From positions 44,631 through 108,630 of IMG/VR virus record IMGVR_UViG_2724679237_000005: a stretch of 64,000 bases of DNA; one strand, written 5' to 3'. The notes beneath the pieces are model-generated. The model saw only the letters and a program-made list of their open reading frames with translations, searched no databases and had not been told where the DNA came from. This DNA is from a virus. Lineage: Duplodnaviria; Heunggongvirae; Uroviricota; Caudoviricetes. The position numbers and the translations under genes are program-made. Within the stretch, counting starts at the first letter, position 1. Each line of letters begins with the position of its first letter. Of this stretch, positions 54,232 to 64,000 are shown piece after piece.

Positions 54232-55014
54232 TTAATCTGCGGGGTTAATCGTTACTGACTTAGTTGCCTTCTTACCACCGCTATTGCTGGTGAAGGAGAT
54301 ATTTGTAGAACCCTGCGCCACACCACGTACCAGACCCGTTTGATCTACCGTGGCCTTTTCCTGGTCTTCAGATTCCCAAACACCGGTTTTGTCTGCGGCA
54401 TCAGCTGGAGTGATTTCGGCTGTCAGTTGCACAGTCTCCCCTGCTTTTACAGTTGGAGATTCCGGTTTGATCGACACGGTTTTTACCGGTTTAGGGCCGC
54501 TCATTCTTCCCAGAACGCCTTCGTCATCAGGGTATGCGCTGAACTGAACAGAGAACACACGAACATCATCAGACTGGTAAGTCATGGTGAAGTTACCTGC
54601 GGTCGCAGCTTTCGGGATGGTCAGAACGTAGTCGGTAGTGTCCTGCGGAGTCAGAACCAGCTCTTTGGCTACGTCGATCAGGTTGACACCCTGTGCGGAA
54701 GTGATGGTCACAGCGTTGTCGTCTTCGTTCAGAGTAGACCCCGGCATCAGATCGACCATATTTTTCAACACAGACTCGGCCAGCGGCGCAGTAATGGTAA
54801 TGTTACGACCCTGCACCAGCTCTGACATAATTGTCTGGCCGTGCTGGTCGACAGTGACTTTCAGCGTTTCAGTGGCTACTTCAACCTGAACACCACCTTT
54901 GGTGTAACCCAAATCCACACCACCAAACGACACCTTACAGGCACCAAGTTTGATGTTTTTTACATGGGTATTAGACATTGATGGAAAACTCCTTTTTCCG
55001 TTAATTCTACGCAT
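54232..55014 (-). CDS. major tail protein with C-terminal Ig-like (Big_2) domain
   Basis: C-terminal Big_2-like segment VKTVSIKPESPTVKAGETVQLTAEITPADA; position upstream of chaperones. Confidence 0.7.
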   Translation of the reverse strand: MRRINGKRSFPSMSNTHVKNIKLGACKVSFGGVDLGYTKGGVQVEVATETLKVTVDQHGQTIMSELVQGRNITITAPLAESVLKNMVDLMPGSTLNEDDNAVTITSAQGVNLIDVAKELVLTPQDTTDYVLTIPKAATAGNFTMTYQSDDVRVFSVQFSAYPDDEGVLGRMSGPKPVKTVSIKPESPTVKAGETVQLTAEITPADAADKTGVWESEDQEKATVDQTGLVRGVAQGSTNISFTSNSGGKKATKSVTINPAD

Positions 55015-55052
55015 TCATTGCGCTAATAGTAAGTATATACTTACCGATTAAC

Positions 55053-55409
55053 CTAATTCAATAAATAGCCAGCAAATTCAACAGGAATGCCTGCTTCTAT
55101 TAATGCTCCATCATTTTTGGGATAAATGATTGGCATCGCCATCGGTCGTACCAGTCGAAAATAAACACCACCAGATTCCGTTTCCTCTACTGGAAACATC
55201 TCAATGATTTTATTGGCTTTCTCAACCGTCGTAGTAATTGACGAACCACGCACAATTATTGTGAATGATTCGTGGTAAAAGCCCTGTAGCTCATGATCGA
55301 TGCTGATACCGGTATTTGGGTTAATAAGCAGGACGCCAGATTTCACATTGGCAGGCAAGTAGTGACAGAAAATGTCAGTCCCGACCGTGCCAATCTTTGC
55401 CTTCTGCAT
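55053..55409 (-). CDS. tail completion / tail terminator protein (putative)
   Basis: Position; ORF-track start at 55559 overlaps upstream gene by 120 nt, internal ATG at complement 55407-55409 used. Confidence 0.4.
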   Translation of the reverse strand: MQKAKIGTVGTDIFCHYLPANVKSGVLLINPNTGISIDHELQGFYHESFTIIVRGSSITTTVEKANKIIEMFPVEETESGGVYFRLVRPMAMPIIYPKNDGALIEAGIPVEFAGYLLN

Positions 55410-55437
55410 CAAACTTGCAAACGCTTCAATAAACACA

Positions 55438-55911
55438 TTAACCTCTCGTAAAACCGGCTTTTCTGGCAGCCTCAAGAATCGCTTCTGAGAACTGCTTCTC
55501 GCTAATTTCCACCGCTCTTTCCAGAAAGTGTGGCCCAACACGAGGTTTAACACCGGCAATTGGTGGGTTTGTCACGTTCTTCATTCGAGAAAGATAACCG
55601 AGTCGGTATTTACCCAGCTCCATGTACTTAGCATAGTCACCGACTTCTACGCCCGGATGCCCCTGACGTGGTTTTGCTCCAGACACAGAAAGCTCAATGC
55701 GCAGCCCTGAATAACCTTCTTTAATCACCCTGGCAAAGATGGCTGTCTCCAGAGATCCGGTTTCCAGCGGGGCCATTGCACGGCTGAGACGCTCAACCAA
55801 ACGCGCCAGCTTTTCCATGTCCCGAATAAGATATCGCTTAAATGCTTTCTGGCTGTTATTGAGTCTATTCCCCGCACGTTTGAACTGATGCGCATCGTAT
55901 TTCAGACCCAT
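55438..55911 (-). CDS. head-tail joining protein (putative)
   Basis: Position between head and tail modules. Confidence 0.45.
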   Translation of the reverse strand: MGLKYDAHQFKRAGNRLNNSQKAFKRYLIRDMEKLARLVERLSRAMAPLETGSLETAIFARVIKEGYSGLRIELSVSGAKPRQGHPGVEVGDYAKYMELGKYRLGYLSRMKNVTNPPIAGVKPRVGPHFLERAVEISEKQFSEAILEAARKAGFTRG

Positions 55912-56342
55912 ATATTCGCCCCCACTTCAAGATGCCCAGGTCTTCCTCGTAGCCCCCAGCGGCGATGAACACTGGACACCTTTAATTTTTGACCTTCAAG
56001 GATCAGCACATCATCAAGTTGTACAGCCGCTTCTAAAGGGACAACTAACACAGCATCAAACAGCTCCAGACTCGCCTTACCACGACTACCAGAGCTATCA
56101 GCACGAACTGACGATTTCTCATTACTCTGTTCGAACTTAACCACGCCGACATTCGTCTTCCTGACGAATTGTAATTGCGCCTCGCCGTAAACGTTCTTTG
56201 CGCCAAAGCGGTAGATCGCAATTTCTGTTTGCCATGAAATATTCATGCTCTCTCCCTGTTGTTGTCGGTCGCTCTCATTACTGGCCAAAAACCCTTTCGA
56301 CCAAAAGTAAATAATGCGACTGGCGTTACGCACGGCGAACAA
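55902..56342 (-). CDS. head-tail adaptor / head closure protein (putative)
   Basis: Position only. Confidence 0.4.
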   Translation of the reverse strand: MFAVRNASRIIYFWSKGFLASNESDRQQQGESMNISWQTEIAIYRFGAKNVYGEAQLQFVRKTNVGVVKFEQSNEKSSVRADSSGSRGKASLELFDAVLVVPLEAAVQLDDVLILEGQKLKVSSVHRRWGLRGRPGHLEVGANIWV

Positions 56343-57159
56343 TCATACGGTTGTTGATGTAACTGACCAGCAAGCGCCAGGTACTACGAGCCACATGCAC
56401 GTTTGCAGCTTTACCGGTACGGTACATGTTGGTTGTTTCACCGATGGACTCTGACAAAATGCCATCCTCTCGTGCTGCGGCAACATCATTGCCATTTGCG
56501 ATCTCACACGCTTCGTTGACAACGGCAAGCATCAACGCTTCTTTGAAGTAGTCAGGGAACTCTTCAAACTTCTCCTGCGTCATCTTTTCCCAATCGACTA
56601 AATCATGCCGGTACGCTCCATCTGCTCCCCACGGAATGTCATACACATTCAGCATATTTTGAGGGCGATCGTATCGGTCAAAGTCGATACGTAGAATTTT
56701 GCGGATTGAGAACGGTAAAGTTTTAATTCGTCTGGTAGCCTCAATGAGACGCTTGCGCATTAAGCCTTCACCATCCGACAGCAAAGTGTCCCCATTCAGC
56801 ATATCGATCGCCTGCATTTGAGCATCAGCGACAGTTGCAAACGACTGTTCTGGTATCGACAGTTCAAAACTATTCAGCAGAACATACATTTGCCGCTCTT
56901 CATGCGTCAGACCCGATGCAACAGCCTTCACAATGACGTACCGCAGATCTCGCTCTTTCTCAGAGAGCTGGTTATATTCAGCCGACACGACAACCGGAAT
57001 CGACATTTGACCGCTGGTAATTTCTAGCGGCTCGCCATCAACGAGAATAGCCCCGGTGCTGTCCTTTACTGTGTAGGTAGCAGATTCGATATCCAGCACG
57101 TTGAAGGCAAATGAAAGAGAAACAGCTTCACCGCTACGATACGAGTCGATCTGCGCCAT
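56326..57159 (-). CDS. hypothetical structural protein (277 aa)
   Basis: ORF in head module. Confidence 0.4.
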   Translation of the reverse strand: MAQIDSYRSGEAVSLSFAFNVLDIESATYTVKDSTGAILVDGEPLEITSGQMSIPVVVSAEYNQLSEKERDLRYVIVKAVASGLTHEERQMYVLLNSFELSIPEQSFATVADAQMQAIDMLNGDTLLSDGEGLMRKRLIEATRRIKTLPFSIRKILRIDFDRYDRPQNMLNVYDIPWGADGAYRHDLVDWEKMTQEKFEEFPDYFKEALMLAVVNEACEIANGNDVAAAREDGILSESIGETTNMYRTGKAANVHVARSTWRLLVSYINNRMIVRRA

Positions 57160-57593
57160 TACTCACCGCCTTGTGCTTTCAGGATGCCGTCAATCATTTC
57201 GACAATTCCTTTCGCTTTAACACCAACCTGATTACCAATAACTCGTAGACCGGCAATACCTTCGTTGTCTGCAATGGACTCCAGCTCTTCTCGTGTGAAA
57301 GTCTGAATCTGTTTGGCCGGTTCATCTGGTGTCCCACGTTTCATTGGCACAATGTCAGGCGCTGCTGGCTCGGTAATCAGGTCTGCGGTCAATTCACCAC
57401 GATCACTGTATGCGGCAGACGGAGAAACATTTTTGCCCTCTACTGTTGACGCTCGCATTGAAGCACAAATCCTCTGCTGATCGATAAAAGGCAACTCTGC
57501 GACGGACACCCCATTCTCGAACTGAACGCCGCACAACATTCCCGAATAACCGGAAAATTGCGGTTCTAATAAAACAATTTTTGCTGGTTTCAT
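57159..57593 (-). CDS. hypothetical structural protein (144 aa)
   Basis: ORF in head module. Confidence 0.4.
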   Translation of the reverse strand: MKPAKIVLLEPQFSGYSGMLCGVQFENGVSVAELPFIDQQRICASMRASTVEGKNVSPSAAYSDRGELTADLITEPAAPDIVPMKRGTPDEPAKQIQTFTREELESIADNEGIAGLRVIGNQVGVKAKGIVEMIDGILKAQGGE

Positions 57594-57637
57594 AACGCTT
57601 TCTCTCTACATGGGCGGCGAAAGCCGCCCAATATCGG

Positions 57638-58558
57638 TTATTCCTGTGCGACAGTAACTTCTACAGTCGCTGTCGCTTTGTGGCTACCATCTTGGGTAGT
57701 AACCTCGATTGTGGCAGTGCCAGCCGCAACACCAGTTACAACACCGGTTTCGCTGTCCACCGTTGCAAACTCGGTATTTTTGGATTCCCAAGTAACGGTT
57801 TTATTTGTTGCTCCTGCCGGCTCGACATTTGCGGTCAGCTGAACAGTTTTGTTTGCCTCAACGGTTGTGCTATTTGGGTCGATTTCGACACCAGTAACAG
57901 CCACAACAGGCGCAGTTACTTCCACCGTTGCAGTTGCCTTTTTGCTGCCATCTTGGGAAACGATCTCAATCGTCGCAGTGCCAACTTCTACACCAGTAAC
58001 GTTCCCGCTCTGGTCTACCGTTGCCTTGTCTTCATTTTTGGAAGACCAGGTAACTGCCTTATTCGTCGCATTTGACGGCTGAACATTCGCTTTCAGACTG
58101 ACTGATTTCCCTTTCTCAACAGAGGTTGAGTCTGGCGTTACCGTTACGGATTGAACGGCTACCGGATTTACGGTGACTTCCACTGACGCGGAAAGCTGGG
58201 TTTCCTGATCAGTTGCGGTAATTTTCACTTTGCCTGGTGCTACGCCAGTTACTAATCCAGTGCCGTTGACGGTTGCAATTTGATCATTGGCTGACTTCCA
58301 GGTGAATGAACTGGCACTCTTACCCATAGTAATACCTGCACTAAGTTGAACAGTTTTCCCAACCAAAACTGACGGTGAAGCCGGGGTTATGTTTACGGAT
58401 TGGGAGAAGGGAACCGCCTGCAAACAAGCAGATAGCTGACTTTGTTGTCGCTCGGTTAAAGGTTCATCGGAGATAGAATTGGTAAATCCGGCACGGCACA
58501 TATGCCCCGTAAAATCCGAAAATGCCTCTTCCGTAATCTTCATCTTTTGTTCTGGCAT
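57638..58558 (-). CDS. Ig-like (Big_2) repeat protein, probable capsid decoration protein
   Basis: Three tandem Big_2-like repeats (e.g. VTGVEIDPNSTTVEANKTVQLTANVEPAGATNKTVTWES). Confidence 0.6.
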   Translation of the reverse strand: MPEQKMKITEEAFSDFTGHMCRAGFTNSISDEPLTERQQSQLSACLQAVPFSQSVNITPASPSVLVGKTVQLSAGITMGKSASSFTWKSANDQIATVNGTGLVTGVAPGKVKITATDQETQLSASVEVTVNPVAVQSVTVTPDSTSVEKGKSVSLKANVQPSNATNKAVTWSSKNEDKATVDQSGNVTGVEVGTATIEIVSQDGSKKATATVEVTAPVVAVTGVEIDPNSTTVEANKTVQLTANVEPAGATNKTVTWESKNTEFATVDSETGVVTGVAAGTATIEVTTQDGSHKATATVEVTVAQE

Positions 58559-58573
58559 TTCTCGCTCCTACAA

Positions 58574-58600
58574 AAAGGGTGGGCGTATAGCCCACCCTTT
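58574..58600 (-). terminator. rho-independent terminator after putative major capsid gene
   Basis: AAAGGGTGGGC-TATAC-GCCCACCCTTT followed on minus strand by TTTTTG. Confidence 0.6.
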
Positions 58601-58631
58601 AACATAGATAATTACTTATCTACTGCACTGA

Positions 58632-59507
58632 TTAAATTTTTACATTGGTCAATGCAGCGATAGCCTTATCGTGCTTATTCGCCAGAGAGCAGTACCACTT
58701 CACACGGGTACGTACTGCGTCTTTGTTCTGTACAGTACCAATGTTTTCAACAACGATACCTGCGTTGTCGCCGCCATACAGACCTGTAACGCCGTTCTCT
58801 TCTGACAGATGCAGGCAGTAGATGCTTGCTTTGCCAGAATCGGTCGGGATGAAGTCGTTGATGATGAACGGAACGCCGTTATGACACAGCATCGGACGAC
58901 CGAAGTTCTCCATCATGATTTCAGACGGGCCTACGTTTACTGTACGCAGCAGCGCACGGTAAGCACGCAGGTGCTCTGAACGCATCATGATGCAGTCAGC
59001 ACCAAGATCTTTCACCGCATCGACCAGTTCGTCGAACATAGAGAAAGTCATAGATGCACCGGCGATATCGATCTTCTGATCTGCGTGCATCAGGCGTGGA
59101 ATGCCGTCAAACGCTTTGTTGTTGGAGCTGGAGTCACCCAAAATCAGGTTGCGACGGAACGCACGAGCCAGACCTTTAACTTTCTGACGAACCTGAATAG
59201 CCAACTGGTTGTTGGTGTCGGCCATAGTGGTCGCCAGGAATTTATCAACGTCTACGTCACCAGCCAGAATACGCAGTTTCGCAACGCATTCTTCGAAGGT
59301 TGCTGCACCTTCAGGGATGGTGTCGTTAACGTCGATGAAGGTAGCTTCACTCAGCGTTTTTTCACGGTTGTACAGATATGCCTTTGAATTAATTTTCATA
59401 AAAGGCAAGATGGCAAACAGGTCATCGCGATCGATGATAGTTTCGATCACACCCTGTTCAAGTTCGTTGTTAGACAGCTTTTCAGCTTCTTCACGCAGTA
59501 ATGGCAT
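58632..59507 (-). CDS. putative major capsid protein
   Basis: Position after scaffold-like gene, followed by strong terminator; no motif verified. Confidence 0.5.
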   Translation of the reverse strand: MPLLREEAEKLSNNELEQGVIETIIDRDDLFAILPFMKINSKAYLYNREKTLSEATFIDVNDTIPEGAATFEECVAKLRILAGDVDVDKFLATTMADTNNQLAIQVRQKVKGLARAFRRNLILGDSSSNNKAFDGIPRLMHADQKIDIAGASMTFSMFDELVDAVKDLGADCIMMRSEHLRAYRALLRTVNVGPSEIMMENFGRPMLCHNGVPFIINDFIPTDSGKASIYCLHLSEENGVTGLYGGDNAGIVVENIGTVQNKDAVRTRVKWYCSLANKHDKAIAALTNVKI

Positions 59508-59532
59508 CTATCAATTCCCTTTGATTTAGATG

Positions 59533-60420
59533 TTACTTAAGTCCAATTTTCCCCAGACCGGAGGCCAACTTATCCATAGTCGACTTGTTCTTCGGTTGGG
59601 ATATTGTGTAGGTCGATTTGGAATGTGAGCCTACACCCTGCTTGGCTTCGCTACGCATCAATGCGTCAGCTTCCGGATCTGCCCGCACAATGCGTTCAAT
59701 CGCGGATTCAAACGGCAACGGCTTACCTTCACCGTCAACCAGAACAGCTCGTTCTTTGTGACCTGCCGGTTTGTCATAACCCACTACGCTACCGTCTTCA
59801 CCCACTTCAAAATGAGAACCGTAGATCACGCGGGCTTTTGCCGGAGTCATCAGAACTTTGTCACGTAGGAAGAGAGAGTTACTGAAGGAAGCGCCCACGG
59901 TCATCTCGACTAATTGAGATTTCAGTGATGCGTTTTCACTTTCCAGTGCTGCATAACGTTCGTCACGCTGTGCCAGCTCTGCCTGGTGTGCTTCGATCAT
60001 CTGTTTTTTAACAGCATCGAACTCACCACGACGCTCCAGTTCAGCTTGCTCCGCCTCACGACGTGCGTTTTCTGCGGCCTGTTCAGCTTCTAAAAGCTGG
60101 CGAGCACGCGCCGGGTCGATTTCACCGTACTGAGCAAGCTGATCGGCCAATGTGCGCTCTTTCTCTTTGCGCTTCATGTTCTCTTTCAGCAGTTCAGCAC
60201 CAGCTTTCTTGGTTTTGCGAAGTTCGGCCAGTAACTCTTCATGAGTCATGCCAGCGTATTCGTCATCACCCTTCGGCTGCTCTTTTTGTTCACCCTGTTT
60301 GTCAGGATCTTGTGTACTCTGCTCATTATCAGCAGCTACACCGCCAGCGCCTCCACGCTCATGCGCTTCAGCGACATCCATCAGACCACGACGGGCCAAA
60401 AGCATTTGCCACAGATTCAT
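59533..60420 (-). CDS. scaffolding protein (putative)
   Basis: Highly charged coiled-coil composition (EAEQAAENARREAEQAELERRGE), between portal and capsid genes. Confidence 0.5.
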   Translation of the reverse strand: MNLWQMLLARRGLMDVAEAHERGGAGGVAADNEQSTQDPDKQGEQKEQPKGDDEYAGMTHEELLAELRKTKKAGAELLKENMKRKEKERTLADQLAQYGEIDPARARQLLEAEQAAENARREAEQAELERRGEFDAVKKQMIEAHQAELAQRDERYAALESENASLKSQLVEMTVGASFSNSLFLRDKVLMTPAKARVIYGSHFEVGEDGSVVGYDKPAGHKERAVLVDGEGKPLPFESAIERIVRADPEADALMRSEAKQGVGSHSKSTYTISQPKNKSTMDKLASGLGKIGLK

Positions 60421-60441
60421 AAAAATTCCTTTTGTTACTTA

Positions 60442-62016
60442 TCACTCGTTCTCTTGAGTAGATGAGTCCCCATTCCCTCGGGGTTGATCTTGCCCGCTTT
60501 CTTGGGCCGCACCACGATCATAAGTAAGTGCTGACTTATTTTCAAGGGTATTTAGATCATTTTTTGGAGGAAAATTCAAGAGATCTTTATCAAATTCCTT
60601 TTTCATCGCCTCAGTAATGTTCGGGAAAATCTTCTCAATAAGCATTTCCATCTGGTGACGACGTACAGAGTCCGGTGCCTGAAGTAATGACAGTTTCTCG
60701 GCAACAGAAAATTCATCAGTAAGGCCACGAATATCGAAACTTTCTGGATACGCAATTAAAGAGTGGTCTTCGTCCAGATCTACCCCCATCCATTTCGCAA
60801 CCAGTAGCATGATTTGGCGTTCAGCCCTTTCCAGACGCTCTGCTTTTGTGACAAGCAAGCTATTTACACGCTGGAAGTCATACATTTTTGCGGCACCAGA
60901 TGAATTATCGATTCCCTGTGCGTTGTCCTGCTTCGTTCGCTCACCAGCTACACCAACTGAATGGTAGATTTCGTTAATCACCGTCTTAATCGTAGTGATG
61001 ATCATCTGAGCTTGTTTCGGGTCTGGTGACAGATAAAACGGCTGGTTTCCACCTTCAGAATCGTAGGTGAAGACTCGCTTTGTGCCCATTTCAAGCACTT
61101 TAGTGTGGTTTTCATCACCAGGTAAAAGCGACTGTACCGGTATAGCCAACTGGCTAAATGTCTGATCCTGAATAATGGCATCAAGGTTTGACAGATAGTT
61201 TGCAACCGCACGATCAAGATAAGCGATATCATCGATCAACGATGGGCTGAAATACGGTGATTCACTTTCTCCAATACAATCAACAGGAAACACAGGAACT
61301 ACGCCGAGATTATGCTCACCGCTATCCTCTAAAATAACTTTTGCCTGACGGCGACCTGCTCCACCAGCGCCCTTCTTCACTTCCTCACGGAACAGATACC
61401 ACTCGTTTTGTGTCCACAGACGATAACGTTGGTATTCCTGACCTGTAGAAGTAAAAGGATCTGCGTCATCACGAGCGACTTCCACAATTAACGCCCACAA
61501 CATATTCCCGTCGTCGTCCCATGCCACATCCAGCATTTGCTGAGGTGAAATCCAGTAGGCGTAGGCGCGAGCATCTTTCTTTTTCTCGTCAGCTACTGAC
61601 TCAACATCACCACTCATCGTGCTATCGACAACAACCCATATGCGACCGTAAATAGACGACTGCAAATCAATAGCGGCCATAAATGAGTCAATAGAGGCAT
61701 TCTGGCGAGTCGCACGTTTCCAGAAATTGCGGATCTGCTCTGGTGCCTCTTCGATATTTCTATGAATGTCTTCTTTAAAGAGATATTTGTTGATGAGGTT
61801 TACCACCTCACGAGTGTGGTTGAAGCGATAAGCACGTTCAACTCGCTCCTTAAACTCCTGATCTCCCTCTTTAAAGTAACGAAAGATATTGTCTGTAAAC
61901 CAACCACGCCCGCCAGCGTAAGTGCTGGCGAGGAAGTCCCAATGTTCTTTTTTCTTTTCGTATTCCGGGTGGCGTCGCGCCACCAGATCCTTAATTTGTT
62001 TGTCGTTCAATTCCAT
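60442..62016 (-). CDS. portal protein
   Basis: 524 aa, immediately downstream of terminase large subunit. Confidence 0.7.
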   Translation of the reverse strand: MELNDKQIKDLVARRHPEYEKKKEHWDFLASTYAGGRGWFTDNIFRYFKEGDQEFKERVERAYRFNHTREVVNLINKYLFKEDIHRNIEEAPEQIRNFWKRATRQNASIDSFMAAIDLQSSIYGRIWVVVDSTMSGDVESVADEKKKDARAYAYWISPQQMLDVAWDDDGNMLWALIVEVARDDADPFTSTGQEYQRYRLWTQNEWYLFREEVKKGAGGAGRRQAKVILEDSGEHNLGVVPVFPVDCIGESESPYFSPSLIDDIAYLDRAVANYLSNLDAIIQDQTFSQLAIPVQSLLPGDENHTKVLEMGTKRVFTYDSEGGNQPFYLSPDPKQAQMIITTIKTVINEIYHSVGVAGERTKQDNAQGIDNSSGAAKMYDFQRVNSLLVTKAERLERAERQIMLLVAKWMGVDLDEDHSLIAYPESFDIRGLTDEFSVAEKLSLLQAPDSVRRHQMEMLIEKIFPNITEAMKKEFDKDLLNFPPKNDLNTLENKSALTYDRGAAQESGQDQPRGNGDSSTQENE

Positions 62017-62042
62017 TTGAATAACCTTAGATAATTACTTAC

Positions 62043-63299
62043 CTATCGAGAACCACCAAGAATAACACGGTTTTTGACTGGATACCTACGATGTACTGGA
62101 TAGCCCAATGCGTCTGCACTATGCTCAATGCCACCTGTCTTATCCATATCTCGTGTTCCAGGCTTGTAGATGACTTTTTCCAGTGAATCAATCAAATGCT
62201 TGCACTTCGGATCGATATACAGCCGGATATCTCCAGATGCGGTCATCAGCATTCGGTTAACAGCATTAACACGATCCGCAATTGGCGGGTGCTTTTTCGA
62301 ATAATCGACACGTAAGAATCCCTTCTCTTTGAATATGTCGACGTCAGACTCCCCGCGAGCATGTTGGCGATAAGCACCTGCCGGATCTGGAAATACCGTT
62401 ATCTGTGATTTCCAGCGCCAGAAGCGTCTCTCAAGCTCATCACAAACCTCTGCCGTGTTAGAGGAAAAGAGCACCAATTCATCAATTGCCCATAGCTCAC
62501 CATTTGGCTGAGGTTGCAAAATTACTGAAGACATCGGGTCAATGTTGAAGTCCTGCCCTACCCATATAGGCAACCGAGGGTTGAACTGAAGCGGTTTTAC
62601 ATGCACGTTACGATCGAACGGGTAGTAAACGCGCCCGGACATGTTCTCAAAGCTCGCCAGGTACTCCTGAGCGAACGATTTCGGGTCCATATCGTTCTTA
62701 GCAGCTTCAATTTCCGCCGTAGGTACAAACGGAGAATCGGCAGTTACAAACTGCCAGCTCTTCCACTGTCCCTTTCTTTGCAGCTCTACATTCTGGCCTA
62801 TAGTCCACAGTTTGTGAAATTCCGAGAAGCCTTTTGGCGTACCAATGATCAGTGCACCGCCGCGTGTCGATGAAAGAGTAGGTCGTAACACCTTGTACCA
62901 GGTGTCAGCCTTCATATCCTGAAATTCATCAAGCACTACAAAATGCAACGCTACGCCGCGCAGAGTGTCAGGCTTATCAGCACCTTTGAGGGCGATCTCC
63001 GAACCGTTCTTCAACACGATTGTCATCGTGGTGTCGTTCTTTTTCCTAACCCACTTACGAGGCAGAACTTCCTGTAGATCGTCCCACAAAATCTGGCGAG
63101 CCATCTGGTAAGTAGGAGCGACATACCAGACCCTTTGCTTTTTTTCCTTTGCCGCCGCACGAATAATAGTGGAGATCGACAACCGGGATTTTCCCCAGCG
63201 TCGACCAGCACAAACAACTTTAAATCGATGCGGAGACTGGAAGACTTTCATCTGTCCAGAATGCAGTTGCACAAGACTGAGCGAGGACGGGATTGCCAT
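62043..63299 (-). CDS. terminase large subunit
   Basis: Walker A VVCAGRRWGKS and Walker B-like VVLDEFQD in N-terminal ATPase domain; C-terminal nuclease-sized domain. Confidence 0.8.
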   Translation of the reverse strand: MAIPSSLSLVQLHSGQMKVFQSPHRFKVVCAGRRWGKSRLSISTIIRAAAKEKKQRVWYVAPTYQMARQILWDDLQEVLPRKWVRKKNDTTMTIVLKNGSEIALKGADKPDTLRGVALHFVVLDEFQDMKADTWYKVLRPTLSSTRGGALIIGTPKGFSEFHKLWTIGQNVELQRKGQWKSWQFVTADSPFVPTAEIEAAKNDMDPKSFAQEYLASFENMSGRVYYPFDRNVHVKPLQFNPRLPIWVGQDFNIDPMSSVILQPQPNGELWAIDELVLFSSNTAEVCDELERRFWRWKSQITVFPDPAGAYRQHARGESDVDIFKEKGFLRVDYSKKHPPIADRVNAVNRMLMTASGDIRLYIDPKCKHLIDSLEKVIYKPGTRDMDKTGGIEHSADALGYPVHRRYPVKNRVILGGSR

Positions 63300-63931
63300 T
63301 ATTCGTCCTCCCCTTCACTTCCATCATCTGTCGCATCAAATTCGCTTAGAGCTTCTTCTTCCAACGTCTCAAGCAATTCGTCATCGATGATTTCAGGCTC
63401 GTCGTCTTCCTGACGTAATTTCGCCACCTGGGAAGGCGTAAGCTCACCAAATACCAGGTTCGGAATTTCTTCCTCGTCATTTTCCGCATGATCCATGCCC
63501 AATGCTTTGGACGAAACTTCAAAGCATTTTGCAAGGGTATTACTTGCTCTCTGTAAGCTCTTGAGAGAATCCTCAATCGCCCCTAAAGGCTTACCCTCAC
63601 GTTTGGCCGTAGTGACTTCGACCATCACCATCTGCCCCAACGCATACGCCCAGCCGTCATAACGTGTACGACGTTCTTCTATCTTTTCCGCACGGGCTTT
63701 AGCGCGAAGCTCTGCGTCAGATTTAAGAGACTCACGAACCATCTTCCCAACAGAGTCCGCGCCTTTCTCTAATCCTCGCTTTTTGAAATGTCTGGAGAGT
63801 GTTTCACGACGAATGCCGTACTCTTCCTCCAGCTTTGAGAGTGTATATTCGCCTGACGTCCATTTGGCTTCAGCTTCGGCCCACTCCGCTGGTGTCAGGC
63901 GAGTTTTTACCTCGTCTTTTTCGACCGTCAT
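63299..63931 (-). CDS. terminase small subunit (putative)
   Basis: Directly upstream of large subunit with overlapping stop/start; N-terminal HTH-like segment, acidic C-terminus. Confidence 0.55.
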   Translation of the reverse strand: MTVEKDEVKTRLTPAEWAEAEAKWTSGEYTLSKLEEEYGIRRETLSRHFKKRGLEKGADSVGKMVRESLKSDAELRAKARAEKIEERRTRYDGWAYALGQMVMVEVTTAKREGKPLGAIEDSLKSLQRASNTLAKCFEVSSKALGMDHAENDEEEIPNLVFGELTPSQVAKLRQEDDEPEIIDDELLETLEEEALSEFDATDDGSEGEDE

Positions 63932-64000
63932 AGATCCCTCTAAAACACACAGAGCGCGTCCATGCGCTCTAAAACAACTTGTTTACTGCATCTGCTAACC

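Overview
This window reads as most of a siphovirus-type phage-plasmid genome, almost entirely minus-strand coding. Left end: a P1-style plasmid replicon (DnaA-box-like 9-mers, a GATC cluster, iterons on both sides of a plus-strand repA-like gene). 2.4-16.6 kb: small early genes plus a recombination/replication block (RecA-like ATPase, 5'-3' exonuclease, putative SSB, a DnaE polymerase split by an HNH endonuclease gene, AAA+/VWA CobS/CobT-like pair). 16.7-22.9 kb: a regulatory/accessory region (HTH regulator, tyrosine recombinase with an adjacent 13-7-13 palindrome, glutaredoxin, a strongly AT-rich plus-strand gene for a membrane-anchored 420-aa protein, four tRNA genes, an ORF-poor highly structured stretch, small membrane-protein genes). 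23-34 kb: DNA ligase, lipoprotein + Sel1-repeat secreted protein moron, primase, DnaB-like helicase, free-standing GIY-YIG nuclease, type Ib ParA partition pair. 34.6-63.9 kb: lysis genes, lambda-like tail module (Stf-like fibre, J/I/K/L/M, tape measure, G/T chaperones, major tail) and head module (capsid, scaffold, portal, terminase). The best candidates for something undescribed are the AT-rich membrane-protein island next to the recombinase and tRNAs, the ORF-poor structured region at 21.4-22.2 kb, and the split DnaE. All calls are from reading motifs and architecture by eye; no database search or computation was run.
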